A stretch of DNA of 64,000 bases from Catajapyx aquilonaris. Lineage: Eukaryota. Position 1 is the first letter of the stretch. Each line of letters starts with the position of its first letter. Location: NCBI GenBank assembly GCA_000934665.2, contig KZ538637.1:1-64000 (forward strand). The letters are read 5' to 3'. Made by a program: the position numbers and the translations under genes. Under the pieces are notes generated by a model, which did not search any database, had not been told where the DNA came from, and saw nothing but the letters and a program-made list of their open reading frames with translations. This document shows, in pieces, positions 24,701 to 35,976 of the stretch.

Positions 24701-27370
24701 AGAATTGGTGTATGAGACAGGCTGTCCCAGGGCTGTTGTTGCAATATATTAGTGAGTGCTGTAGATAGAAATCCTGGCAGGATCCAAACTATTTTAATCT
24801 GAGACTTACCCTTTGGACTTATAAAGGCAAGAGGCCCTGTAGGGATAAGGAGGCAGGAGGCTGTTGATTGTTCCTCTCAACGAAGAGAGACAAGACTTTG
24901 GTAACTTGTTCGAGATTGCGCCCGTCTTCTGTGACAAACTTACCACCAAGTAAACTATTGCATTATACTCATTAAAAAAGTTACGGCGAATACCTCCAGA
25001 AGGAGCAGGGTGAAACTTTTCGATAGGCCATAAGATGCTAGTCTTTAATATTTGTGGGATATAAGATACGCTCTCACAACCTTCGCTTCTGTGGTTCCTG
25101 ATGTACGCGATTTTTAATATTCGCAGTGGGGAAAGATTATCTGGAATGTAATTGGAGAACCTCAGGGAGCCATGTACACGATAACCGGAAAGTTGGCGGG
25201 TTGATGCCGAACTAGAATCCCATCACCATTTCCTTAACAAACGGCACAAACGATGACTCCGATTGGCAATGGTGCAAAAAAAAAGAGCGTGGGGGGAAGA
25301 TGGCGGCCCTTGTCTTTCTCATCATCAGACCTTTCTTATCGCTGAGGAAAACTTTCCCTTTCCTTCTCCCTCGCCGATTTCTGTCTCTACTTCATTCCCC
25401 TCATCTTTTATCCCTGGAGCGTCGGAGGTTCTCCTGACGGACTAGCGACAGTAGCGGTAATTAGGGGGTCCAAGAGCAGCAGACGAAGAAAACGGTGGCA
25501 GCCATGTTCCAGCGACACCGTGGGAATTTAATTGATGCCCGGAGGTCTTTTTCTTCTTTTTTTTTGTCAGCAGGCGGGTCCACCAGCAGCTCCTGATGCG
25601 TTGGAGGGAGGCTGCTGTCATTACGTAAGGGGATCGTTTATCATTACCTAGTGTTGCAATCTATTATTGGAGAGATGGGTGGGGGAGTGATTATTTTGTC
25701 AGGAGAAGAGGGAATATTTTTTTTTGCTGTCTTGCAGGGGAGAGAAAAAAATACTAATGGAGACAGGTTCGCTTAATGGTCATGTTTATGTTTCATACAG
25801 TCCTTCTCAAGGTGCAAAGTGTCCATTCCAGATGATGGGTAGTGGCGTTCATCATTGTGGTATCTGAAATGAGAGAAGAGTTTCTTGTAGACTCGTTTTT
25901 AGTGGGTAGATGCACCAAAATATGATATTCGAGCTATTCGTTCCACATTTCTGCGATGGAAAGGTTGGCCAGTAACCCTAGCAGAATGGATGTCATGTAT
26001 ATGTAGCGATATTGACATTTTCTAAAATCCAGATTATAATCAGCGGATGTTTCTTTGACGACGTCACCAGAACCTCTATAGCCGTTTGCACTCCGAAGTG
26101 ACGTATCCCAACCAAAAATGACATGTAGTATAAGTTTACCACTGGATAGAATTTATGTCTCAGAAAGGGATCACAAAATCGCGCCTTACACCTGCCAATT
26201 ATTCGGGAAATACCGTCATTCCAGAGAGACGTAAAAGAAGTCCTCTCCCTGCGGTGCACAGTATTTCATTGAGGTGTCCATTTATTCGATTAGAAATATT
26301 TTCGTACCTAACTGTTTATTATAAGCAGTTACGTTTTTATCTGCTATTTTAAAGGCTATCGAAAATATTACCTTCTGTTTGTCTCTATCTGACATAAATT
26401 ATAAGCCCAGTTAGCATTAAATTTTATTAAATTCGTTCCACTGCAGTTGGCCTCTGTCACAGGATGGAAAGCTATAATACTAAAGTTGACCAAACAAGAA
26501 GGTGAAGTGACTACTCCAGTTCCACGGGTGCATAATGTTATAATTTTCCGGATTTATTTTGTAAAGGGTTTTACGACGAATAAGGCCCACTGCTGTTCAC
26601 AAACAAGCCTCAGGTAGACACACAATAAGACCACGAAAATAAGCTCAAAAATCATCCAACATAACTGCCGTGTCAGCAGGTATACCCAGTGACCATTGGC
26701 TTTTTATTGCATGCATCGTAATTTCCATAGCATGATCGCGATATGCAGGCAGGATTGGAGTACGCATGTGCCACTGGAGTGAGTAATCCATCATGTTTTT
26801 ACCCTTCTCCATCATGGAGGTGTAAACTTACGCAGTCTTCCATCCTGTGCACTAAAATGTCTAGGATGAAGGGAAAGAAATCCATTCTTTGGCACGTCCC
26901 TGATTCCATACTTTTTTACACAGCAGTGATAAAGTGCAACGCATTATGGTCGGGGGTTGCGTGAAATCTGAGAGGTGTTGCCTCCATACAACTTTTCCGG
27001 CATTTTTTGTGTGTGTTTCTTTATGAAGCCTGCATTTGCGAAAATATAACATTTTGGAGCGGACCAGTCCCGTTTTAAACCATCGACATTGCAGATCCGG
27101 ACTAGCAGGCACAAGAAGGTTCAAATGGAAGTAAGCCGGTGAATCCTATTTACACAGATGTGGTTAGGAATAAATGTCATATGAAAATTATTATGGCTCA
27201 GATGGTTCTTATTTACCCACCCACTCACCAAAGGTTAATAAAGACAAAGTGAAGGAGGTGTGAAGAATAACAATAATTAGCTCCAAATCTGTGATTATTT
27301 TTCACATTCTTAACAAAATAAACTTATTGAATGGCAAGTTGAATGGTGCAAATGATTGTCTCCAAAATTA

Positions 27371-27526
27371 AAAATGGCCACGTTTAAGACATTGCACTGC
27401 ACCTTGCACATCCCCTCCTGTCATCCTGCCCGTGGGCCCGGGCGCTTCAATAATTAGGTTCCAAATATGTACATCGTACAAATAAAGGTCCGTGCTACAT
27501 GCCGAGAAGGCCAAGCACTACCCGGA

Positions 27527-27614
<88 letters not shown>
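27371..27614 (+). mobile_element. 5'-truncated copy related to SINE family 1 (or its partner LINE 3' end), with (TAT)n tail and 16-bp TSD
   Basis: Aligns with the 3' half of the 631-1047 element. TSD ATTGTCTCCAAAATTA is perfect at 27355-27370 and 27615-27630. About 30 TAT units follow. Confidence 0.92.
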
Positions 27615-27617
<3 letters not shown>

Positions 27618-30521
27618 GTCTCCAAAATTACTTGGTATAACCGTGTTATAATAAAAACATAATATATTATGCCTATGCAATTAAGCTGTGCGAGTTTCTC
27701 GGTTGTGACAAAAGAGTGTAGTGATTTTGTGAGTGCGTGTTTTATTTTCTTTACATGCCTTGATCATACAGTACGGGAGAGTGTGTATCAGGGAGAAACA
27801 TTGACCACACAAACTTTAGCAAAGGATGTAGTATTTCAATAATGACACAAATATTTTTTGATGTTGTATATTGGCAACTCGGAATCGGCCAGCAGAATTT
27901 GATCAACAGTGGTGACACAACGTTGCACGTTGAGTGTAGGTTAATATTGGATAACCAATATTTGTACACAATTTGAAATGATGAATACCAAAACAATGTC
28001 GCACTTATCAGAAACCCCCATGAACTCCTACCAATAAAAATTAAATACAGCCCTACCGCATATTAGCATATCAATAATAATAGGCTAATGCCCTGATTGT
28101 TTCGCACTACCTCAAATGGTATTATCCCACTGCCTATTGTGACACAAAAACTATATAGGAGACCTTTTCTTCGATTGGAGAAAGGGTGATATATTAGAGC
28201 AATCAGTTCTTTAGGGGAGGACGCAAAGAAAGGCCGTAACATCTGTGTTTTCACACGGCCCTCTGGCCTAACGGGCTACACGAGCAGCCATATTCGGAGC
28301 AGAGGAAAAAAAAGGAAGCAAGACATGGGAGTCCATTTTTTGTAAAAAATGCTCTCACCCCTTGCACTTTTTCCCTCTCTCCACCCACCCATTTTCCAAC
28401 TGAGAGAAGGCCAGCAAGCTCTGCAAATGGCACCCAGCCCACATCTGTTTGAAAGCGTTTCCCCCTTTCAACCAATTTTTCTGTGTGGGAGGAGAGGCCC
28501 AGTTTTTTTCCCGATTTTTCACCAGATTTAGCATCGACGAGTGGTGAGGAGTTGTAAGATGGGAGGGTTGGAAAGTAGGGGGTATTGACAACCCGTAAGA
28601 GGCTACACATTATTCGGGAGTATAAATTGGCATGAAATATGAATGCCAGTTAATGGAACGGACCGAGAGCTACAACGAACTCCAATTCGGGGGGGCTCTC
28701 ACTCCTTCGGCGAGCCATATTTTATAAGACGGCAATCCCCTGTCAAAAATGGTGCTGGTTAAAATTGATTAAAAAAACATAGCCAAAAAGGCCATCCATC
28801 GCCCGACGAAAGCTCTTCCGTGCTTTGACTGGAGGATGGTAGTCAATGAGTGGAAATGTTCGCGACTCAACTGCTCTGACGACAGTTTTTTTTACTGCAT
28901 AAATGCAGTAGCCTTACTTCAAAAAGTTTATAAAGTATAAACTGCCACTTGCCAGTGAGGTGTGCAAAATAACATTGCAGGGCAGGATGGTTTTAGTATT
29001 GATTATTACTTCCTGGCTGCTAATGTTCGTAGGAGCAAAATAAACGTGGCAGGTGATAGATTGAGCTATGTCATCTACCTAGGTTATTGGCAAGCCTGTT
29101 GGCAAGCCTGTTGGTCATACCAGCTTCAATTAGTCAATGACAGATAGGGATTCCTGGAAGTCATGATTTGCTGTTTTGGGCCATGTGACCAGGCAGTTAG
29201 CGGACTTTTATACTAATATTGTCCATCTGACAGGTGCAGGGATAACATACTATCAATCTCACGAAGCATCTCATGAAGAAGAACTACGATCATGTGCTCT
29301 GTGATTAGCCTACAGCGTGTATTGTTTCACAATTAATGAAAGCTGGATCTGCAGATGATAATGTTACCCAACTGTGATTTGTGAGACTGGCCTAGTTTGT
29401 ATATGTGAGTGGCATTATAGGCCTACCTGCAGCACATGCCATTCACAGGCTATCATCAAGAACCAAACTCAACTGCAACAATATTTGGCCCGTTTTACTT
29501 TTTGACAGTAAGTTGTCATGGTTTATGCTTCTACATTTCTTATAGCTGGTTATAGCACGTATAACACGTAAAAAGAAGGGTGTGTTTATGAGGACGCAAT
29601 AGACACTAGGCTCATAAGAACCCTGGTGTTTATTTCACCATATACAAATAACAGTAAATCAGCCTTCACGCCGACATCCCTATGGAGGTTTACTGTAAAT
29701 TTTGGAAAATCGCGGAATTTCTATACAGGTCGGAAGTTTATTTTTACCTACCACGTAGCGCTAGGTGGTCCCTGTTGAGATGTAAAGTCCTACTGAGTCA
29801 CCTCTGCTGGTCAAACCGGTTGCAAGATCAAGTTTCTGTGTGATGCCAGTGCACATGCAGGTGATGCATAGCTACTTTTCTTCCGGTTTTTCTTCCTACA
29901 TCTGCTTCCCCTATTGTTAGTGTCACTCGAATCAGAGACGACGCTCATGTGCGGGCTTATATCTTCGCTCTATGCCCCGGATTGTTAGTATAGCAGACTA
30001 CGGCCTACGCCTACGATTACTGACCAGTACAACATAGTGGTAAAAGTGAAATACTTAAATAGTTGTCATCATAAAGATATGGGCATGTACCGTATGAAAA
30101 AAAGCAAATATATAGTTAAGAACAATTTTTAACAAAAACCGCCAAACTTAGCTATAGTTGAGATTCCTTACGTATACCACCATAAGTTTGAAACTTGAAT
30201 GATACTGATTTAATTTGATGTATGACTGGACCACAGCATGGCTTTCTGGCCCGCATGAAGCTAAGCCATCCCCCACGAAAATTACTCCCGCAGCAATTCA
30301 TCAACGCGGAGGGATACTTCTTGTGGGCGTGCACGGTATCCATCTTGGACTTGGAAACCTATAGGAGGGGCAGCACCTAGTTTTGGGGTTAGCCTCGACT
30401 AGATGTTGAGGACGGTGTTCTCCAAGATGGAAATTCCAGAGCAAAGACGCCCTCAGTGGCACGATGCAGCCCAGAAGCCAACCCAGAAGCCCCCCAACCC
30501 TGGGCTTGGTGTGACATCGGC

Positions 30522-30524
<3 letters not shown>

Positions 30525-30599
<75 letters not shown>

Positions 30600-30616
30600 T
30601 CTCTCTCTCCCTCTCT
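30525..30616. repeat. (CT)n/(GA)n tract; potential GAGA-factor array
   Basis: About 36 perfect CT units plus an imperfect extension, inside a CpG-rich island. It produces the spurious poly-ER/SL ORFs. Confidence 0.95.
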
Positions 30617-32181
30617 GAGGCAGACGGCGGCGCTTTCCCTCTGGACCGACATTTCATGCATTTTCAGCTGGCCGGCCTCGGCAGCCGGGCCTGACAGTTA
30701 GATGAGAAATTTCCGCATGCCAGAAGGCGGGGAGTAGGCCTGGGCCTGCCACCGTACTCAGCCTGGTATATATGGGCGCCGCTGGACGCCGACGCCTCGT
30801 GTTCCTGTCACCGGTCCTAGCTGCCTCCAGCCTAAATCTCCAATTTTACTTTTCTGCCGGCCCGACTTTTCTTTCTCTCAGAAACGTCTTGGAGCAGAGA
30901 CGGGTTTCCGGTTTAGTTATTTTCCTGCTGCCTTTGTCAGTGCTGATCGCCAATCGCTTGGTTGAAAACAATGCACCAGGAGGTCATGTTTGTGTCGGGC
31001 GGGTCCAAAAGTTGAGCCTGGCTTGCAAGGTGTGTCAGTGACAGTCCTTAAGCGGCGGCACATAATAGTAATTCAAAAATGTGATTTCCATCCCAAAGTT
31101 GATAAATATTTATAAGGAATTTAGCTACAAACCAAGCTGAAAACACTCTTGTTTTATGCCGTTTTTTAAAATGAAAATTGAGAGTGCCTAGGCAGTTAAC
31201 TGCAGGAAGTGCGCCCTAATTCTATCGTGTATTAAGAAGGGCCAAAATTTGTTTCCTTATATAGTTCCTTGTGGCAAGTAATCACGGCTTATGCCTAAAT
31301 ATCAGCCGTCTATAATATGCTAATCCCACAAGAAAGTTTCTTCCTTTGATAAAGAGGGAAGCTCAATCTATAATTCACCTCCCATCCACCCCCTGCCCCA
31401 CCTCTTCTTTGCCACCAGTAAGGATCGACTCGGTTTTTACGTAGCCAAGCTCCTTATGGATCCAACCATGTTCCTTAAGAAGCTCCTTAGCCATTACCCT
31501 TTTTTTTCTTCAGAAGATGACTATCAAATTAAGCGAACGGTGAGCTCCCCATTGACACGAAGCAATGCGTCATAAAATTAATACGGGAATTATCCCACTT
31601 TGCCCGAAAGAAGAAAGCTAATTAGGCATTCCATGTAGACGCCATAAATCCTCCTGTTCTGCTCGGGGTTTTACACACGTCGGCGCACAGTACAAATTTA
31701 CATTGTCACGCCGGATACTTCATTTTAAAAAGCGGATGGCGTTTTATGGCAAGATGGATGGTAAATTGGTCCCTCTTGTCTCGTTCATTTTTGTCCAAAT
31801 TAATCCACCCTATAACCCGCGCGCCACGTTACGAGTTTTTAAAGTTTTATACCGCCGAACCCGTGTTTTTCTTCCTAACAGGATTATCAGCTGCAAAGAA
31901 AAACACGCTCTTTTCATGCAGCGAAGGGGGGAGGGCCAAGATTACTTTGCCGCTAACCTCAAGGTAGGGAACTAATTAGGTGTCCACATTATCGGGCATG
32001 AATTTAAAAAGTTGTACAAAGTGCTGGGCTTTGGGGCTTATCATCCTCCTTTCTGGAAAGCTCTATGAGGGAAGTTTCTCGGGATTAGCGAAGCGGACCG
32101 CCACAGAGTGGCTATAATGGAGATAAGGGAGGAGACGGAATGCCAGGGGGACGAAGGAAAGGAGACTATGTAGAGGAAGCT

Positions 32182-32199
32182 GCACCACCAGGGGGCGAA
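32182..32199 (+). promoter_or_regulatory. CTCF-like binding motif
   Basis: GCACCACCAGGGGGCGAA contains CCACCAGGGGGCG, essentially the CTCF consensus core. Confidence 0.55.
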
Positions 32200-32299
32200 A
32201 AAGAAGCTGGCCCAAGCCTTTCATACACGCGGGCCCATGCAACCAACCAGCCTACTCCACTATCTCCATAGTCTCCTTGCCCGCTGGCTCCGGCTTCTT

Positions 32300-32364
32300 C
32301 ATGTCACGACGACCGTTGATCACCTCCGCTAACTGCTGCCACTAGACTCGGCTCGAGATATATA
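32300..32364 (-). promoter_or_regulatory. Candidate TATA + Inr core promoter (putative +1 at 32334)
   Basis: Minus-strand TATATAT starts at 32364. The Inr-like GCAGTT has its A exactly 30 nt downstream, in a GC-rich context. Motif and spacing evidence only. Confidence 0.3.
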
Positions 32365-35300
32365 CATTACCTTCTTTGCCTCAGACACACAAGTCCGAAG
32401 ACATCTTCAGGCGGTGTGTCACCCTTGGCCATTTTTTGGCGTTCCACTCCGCTGGCCGCTTATTCCGAGAGGACATTAAACCTGATGACCAATACCTCCC
32501 CTCCCTGAGACAAGACCCAGGGACAATGGGTTTCACTAGGGGAAGGGAGTTTAGAAAAAATTGGCAGCCCCCGGGTGACGAATGGGGCGTGGATCACTTT
32601 AAAATGGCTCACCCTCGACATGAGTCCCCGGATTAAAAAGGGAAGGCAGGCAGAGTGTGGTCAGTGGCACGATGACCTCCCCTTCTGGCCCAGTCCCTGC
32701 CCCCCCCCNCCCCCCCCCCTTCCTACCAAACTGTCTTGTACCCTGAAGATGAATGAGAAGATGAAGGTTTTGGCCGCCCCAATTCCCCTCGCCAGTTACA
32801 AGAAATATTGCCTCAAGGGCCACTAATGCGATTTGCATGTAGCTCGGACGAAGGGAATGGCCCTTTCCCTGCCGCTGCTTTTTCTTTTGGTTTTTGCCTG
32901 GTTGCGGGCAATGTTCCCATTTGGCCATTCCGCATGTAATGAAATGAGGGGACAGTCAGTCGGAGGTCCCCTTCCGCGCCTGTATACCCCAACGTGCGGG
33001 TGACTTGATTTAGGTGCCTTCTGGTCACGGAAATAGCACTCGGGTCATTTTTATTTGAATAAATAGGGCGGCTGAAGGTTGTGGATTGCTTTTATGGCTT
33101 GCTCGTTAATTTACGGATTGTCAGAGCCATGCAAGACATTTCCCCATTGATATCCCTTTCTTAGAACTACTGTGCAAGACCACAAGCGCAAAAATGCACG
33201 GAAAAGAAAATCTTCCCATAAATAAAATTGTGCCTGTCGTTGAAAGCGCTGGAATCGAATATTCAATTAGGTGAACTTATTAGTAATCCGATTATGAGTA
33301 AGGTCATTTGCGCTATTTATCCATAGTTTCCTGATTTCGTCACGTCCGGTCTTTCCGGAAAAACTACGTTATCTCTTATGTGCTCTATTGATTTGTACAG
33401 GTATAGGCTACCATAAACGCCGTGACCAAGACAAGCTCATAGACCCCTACGGCCATGAAACAGTCTGCATCAAATTGCTGTCAACTTCCATATCTAACAG
33501 GTATTTGAACCTTGACAGCCATATACTCTTGATACTTGAGTATTGACACGTCACTTCAGCTCGTAATTCCGGACGGATGAATTTCCAAATGGATAGGTCC
33601 CTAAAGTTGGACACACCCTTGACATGACTATCACTGCTTTACAGTTAACTGGGCAGCAGCTCCCCGTGTCTTGTTTGTTGTAAGGAGACACTTGTGGGGA
33701 AAAGGCATCCGTCGGGGGGATAAACAGGATGCTGGCGGCAAAAGGTGGACTTGAGGCAATCCCAGGAAAGGCAGGATAGAGGAAGCAAAGTGGGAGGCGT
33801 GATTAAATAAGCCGGCTGGCGAGATTGGCACGGGAAGGGAAGGAAGAAGGCGATTTCACACGCGCCTGCCTCCTTCATTTGTCTAAGGAACCATTGCGCC
33901 GACGCACCACTCATGCCTCAGGTCACCTTTCCACGATAACATGCCTCAAACCTCGAACCACGGCTTCCTATTTCGGCACCGTACCAGGTCATCTATTGCT
34001 CTTTTGCATCGGTTGCCATCCATGTGCAACCTAAAATGCACGGTAATTAGGGTCTTATCTCTCACAGAATATTGACATGATTATTTCTAAAGAGGAAAAC
34101 CACATCTTAAAAAGGTTCAAAAAATTCTTTAAAAATGACACATTGCCATGATGTGACATTCCTACCCTACTGTATAACGGACGAGGTCGTATTGGTACAT
34201 ATTGAGTGGCTCTCTTGCTAAGGTACTACCTGTTGACTACTCATCAATCGGATAGAGCCGTATTTGGTGTATGGTCATAAATAATGGGCTCGTGATAGTC
34301 TACGGTGAAGAAGAGAGAGCGCCATATCCAGTATTAGTGTGCACTCTTGAATCAACAACAATTGTCCAAAATTGCAAGTTCTTTTGTGCTTTTATTGGTA
34401 AAAGAAGCGTTTTAAAGTTATCCGATGGTTTTTGTATCGACGTATACTGCATTGATAGCCTTAAAAATTAAGGCGGCTTTTGTAAGGAAAGTCCCGGATT
34501 AAAGACCTTACCCAAAGTTTAGGTACTATAGCAAGTGCCACCTTATCGCCAAGTTTCAGCTCCGTAGCCCATCGGAAATGCTTAAACCATATTATCCAAC
34601 ACTAGGTGAGTGAATGAGTCCGACAGCCTCCTGCAGGATGATTCAGTGAATCCGTCCAAAGTAATGACAGATGACGCCAAAAAGTTGCGGGATTTTTAAA
34701 AGTGTGAATATTTAGCTATTATTACTATGTGTAAATGGCCTTACCACATATTATTATACAATATGAGGTTTTCCCATTTAGAATGACGCAAGCAAAACTA
34801 CCCAGTATGCAATGTAGAATTCGTGAAGGACTTACTGCCTCACCCTGTGAGTGTGGATGCTGTTTAATTTAATATTATCAAATGCGAGGTGACATTAGAC
34901 GGAGTGCATCATTGTGGGACTTAATAATGAGGTAAACTGAAGACGTATGGTCGATTTCTGTGCAAACAAAGGGACAAAGAGGAATTTTGCCGACGCGGCT
35001 AAAATAACTGAAAGGAGAACTTGCGGCAGGTAGTCTAGGCTGTCGGTAGAGGTGAAAAAGTTGAACTTTGGTGCCGAGGCCGTGCCAATTGCGCCCAGTT
35101 AGCCGCAAAATTATTTCCAGGGCAATGGAAATAAAAGCGCAGGTTGGAATCTCTTTGAAGCGGAGAGAGTTGGGAGGGGGATATGATTGTAGGCAAATGG
35201 AAGGCAACACAAGAGAAGTGGCAAGCGATGCGATGCGCTCCCAAGATTGTCTTCTTCTCTCCCTATCCCTCCCCACCCCCCACCCACCTTCTTCCTTCCC

Positions 35301-35924
35301 CCCTTCTCCTTCAACCCTATTGTTGGCTCCTTATTTCCAGCCCTGAAGGCAAGGCAAAGGCAAGACAAGCCAGGCTGAAGGAAATTAAGGTTCCCCCGGC
35401 CGGGACGAGCGGCTTACAAAGGCACTGTGGTCGAAATTTAATTCTTCCAAGGAGTAAGGAAAGGGGGATGTCTTGAGCAGTCTTATGCCGGCTACTTGCT
35501 TAGGTTGGCGCTTCAACCCCCTCCCCCTCCCACACCTTCCCTCCCCACCTCCTTCCTTTCCTCTTCTGTGAGCTCCTCACTTCACTTCCCCACAGTGTGC
35601 ACCAGCTTGTCTCTCCCAAAACCATGTCTGCCCAAGTGCCACCAAGAATTTCATCATTCATAACCGGTTGGGGGCATCATGAATGATGTGAAAGGCGCTA
35701 GGATTATTTACGGTGCTCGTCGTATCAAATGGAACCNNNNNNNNCCCCCCCCCTGGAGTGGCTCGCGTCTTGTAGGTGCACCCACTTTCTGATTATCAAT
35801 ATCAAACTGCACATGTGTGGTGAAAACAAGTTTTAAGTACACCCGCGAGCATAAAGTTGGAGGCGGCAGGCCCTCACCTTCGGTCACGGTATCAAATATA
35901 CTGTTATAAATACAGCCGAGTTAG

Positions 35925-35976
35925 CCGAGTTAGCTGCTTCAGGTGTGTGTTCACACACCTGAAGCAGCTAACTCGG
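35925..35976. repeat. Perfect 25-bp inverted repeat with 2-nt loop, preceded by a 9-bp tandem duplication
   Basis: CCGAGTTAGCTGCTTCAGGTGTGTG-TT-CACACACCTGAAGCAGCTAACTCGG. AGCCGAGTT occurs twice in tandem at 35914-35931. Confidence 0.97.

Noticed and set aside
29087..29114. 12-bp tandem duplication TTGGCAAGCCTG
   Set aside because: An ordinary slippage-type duplication with no associated palindrome or element.
34450..34730. Possible Helentron/DINE-like relic (GCCAAGTTTCAGCTCCGTAGC, GTGAGTGAATGAGT)
   Set aside because: Only vague motif resemblance. No sub-terminal inverted repeats or termini could be defined.
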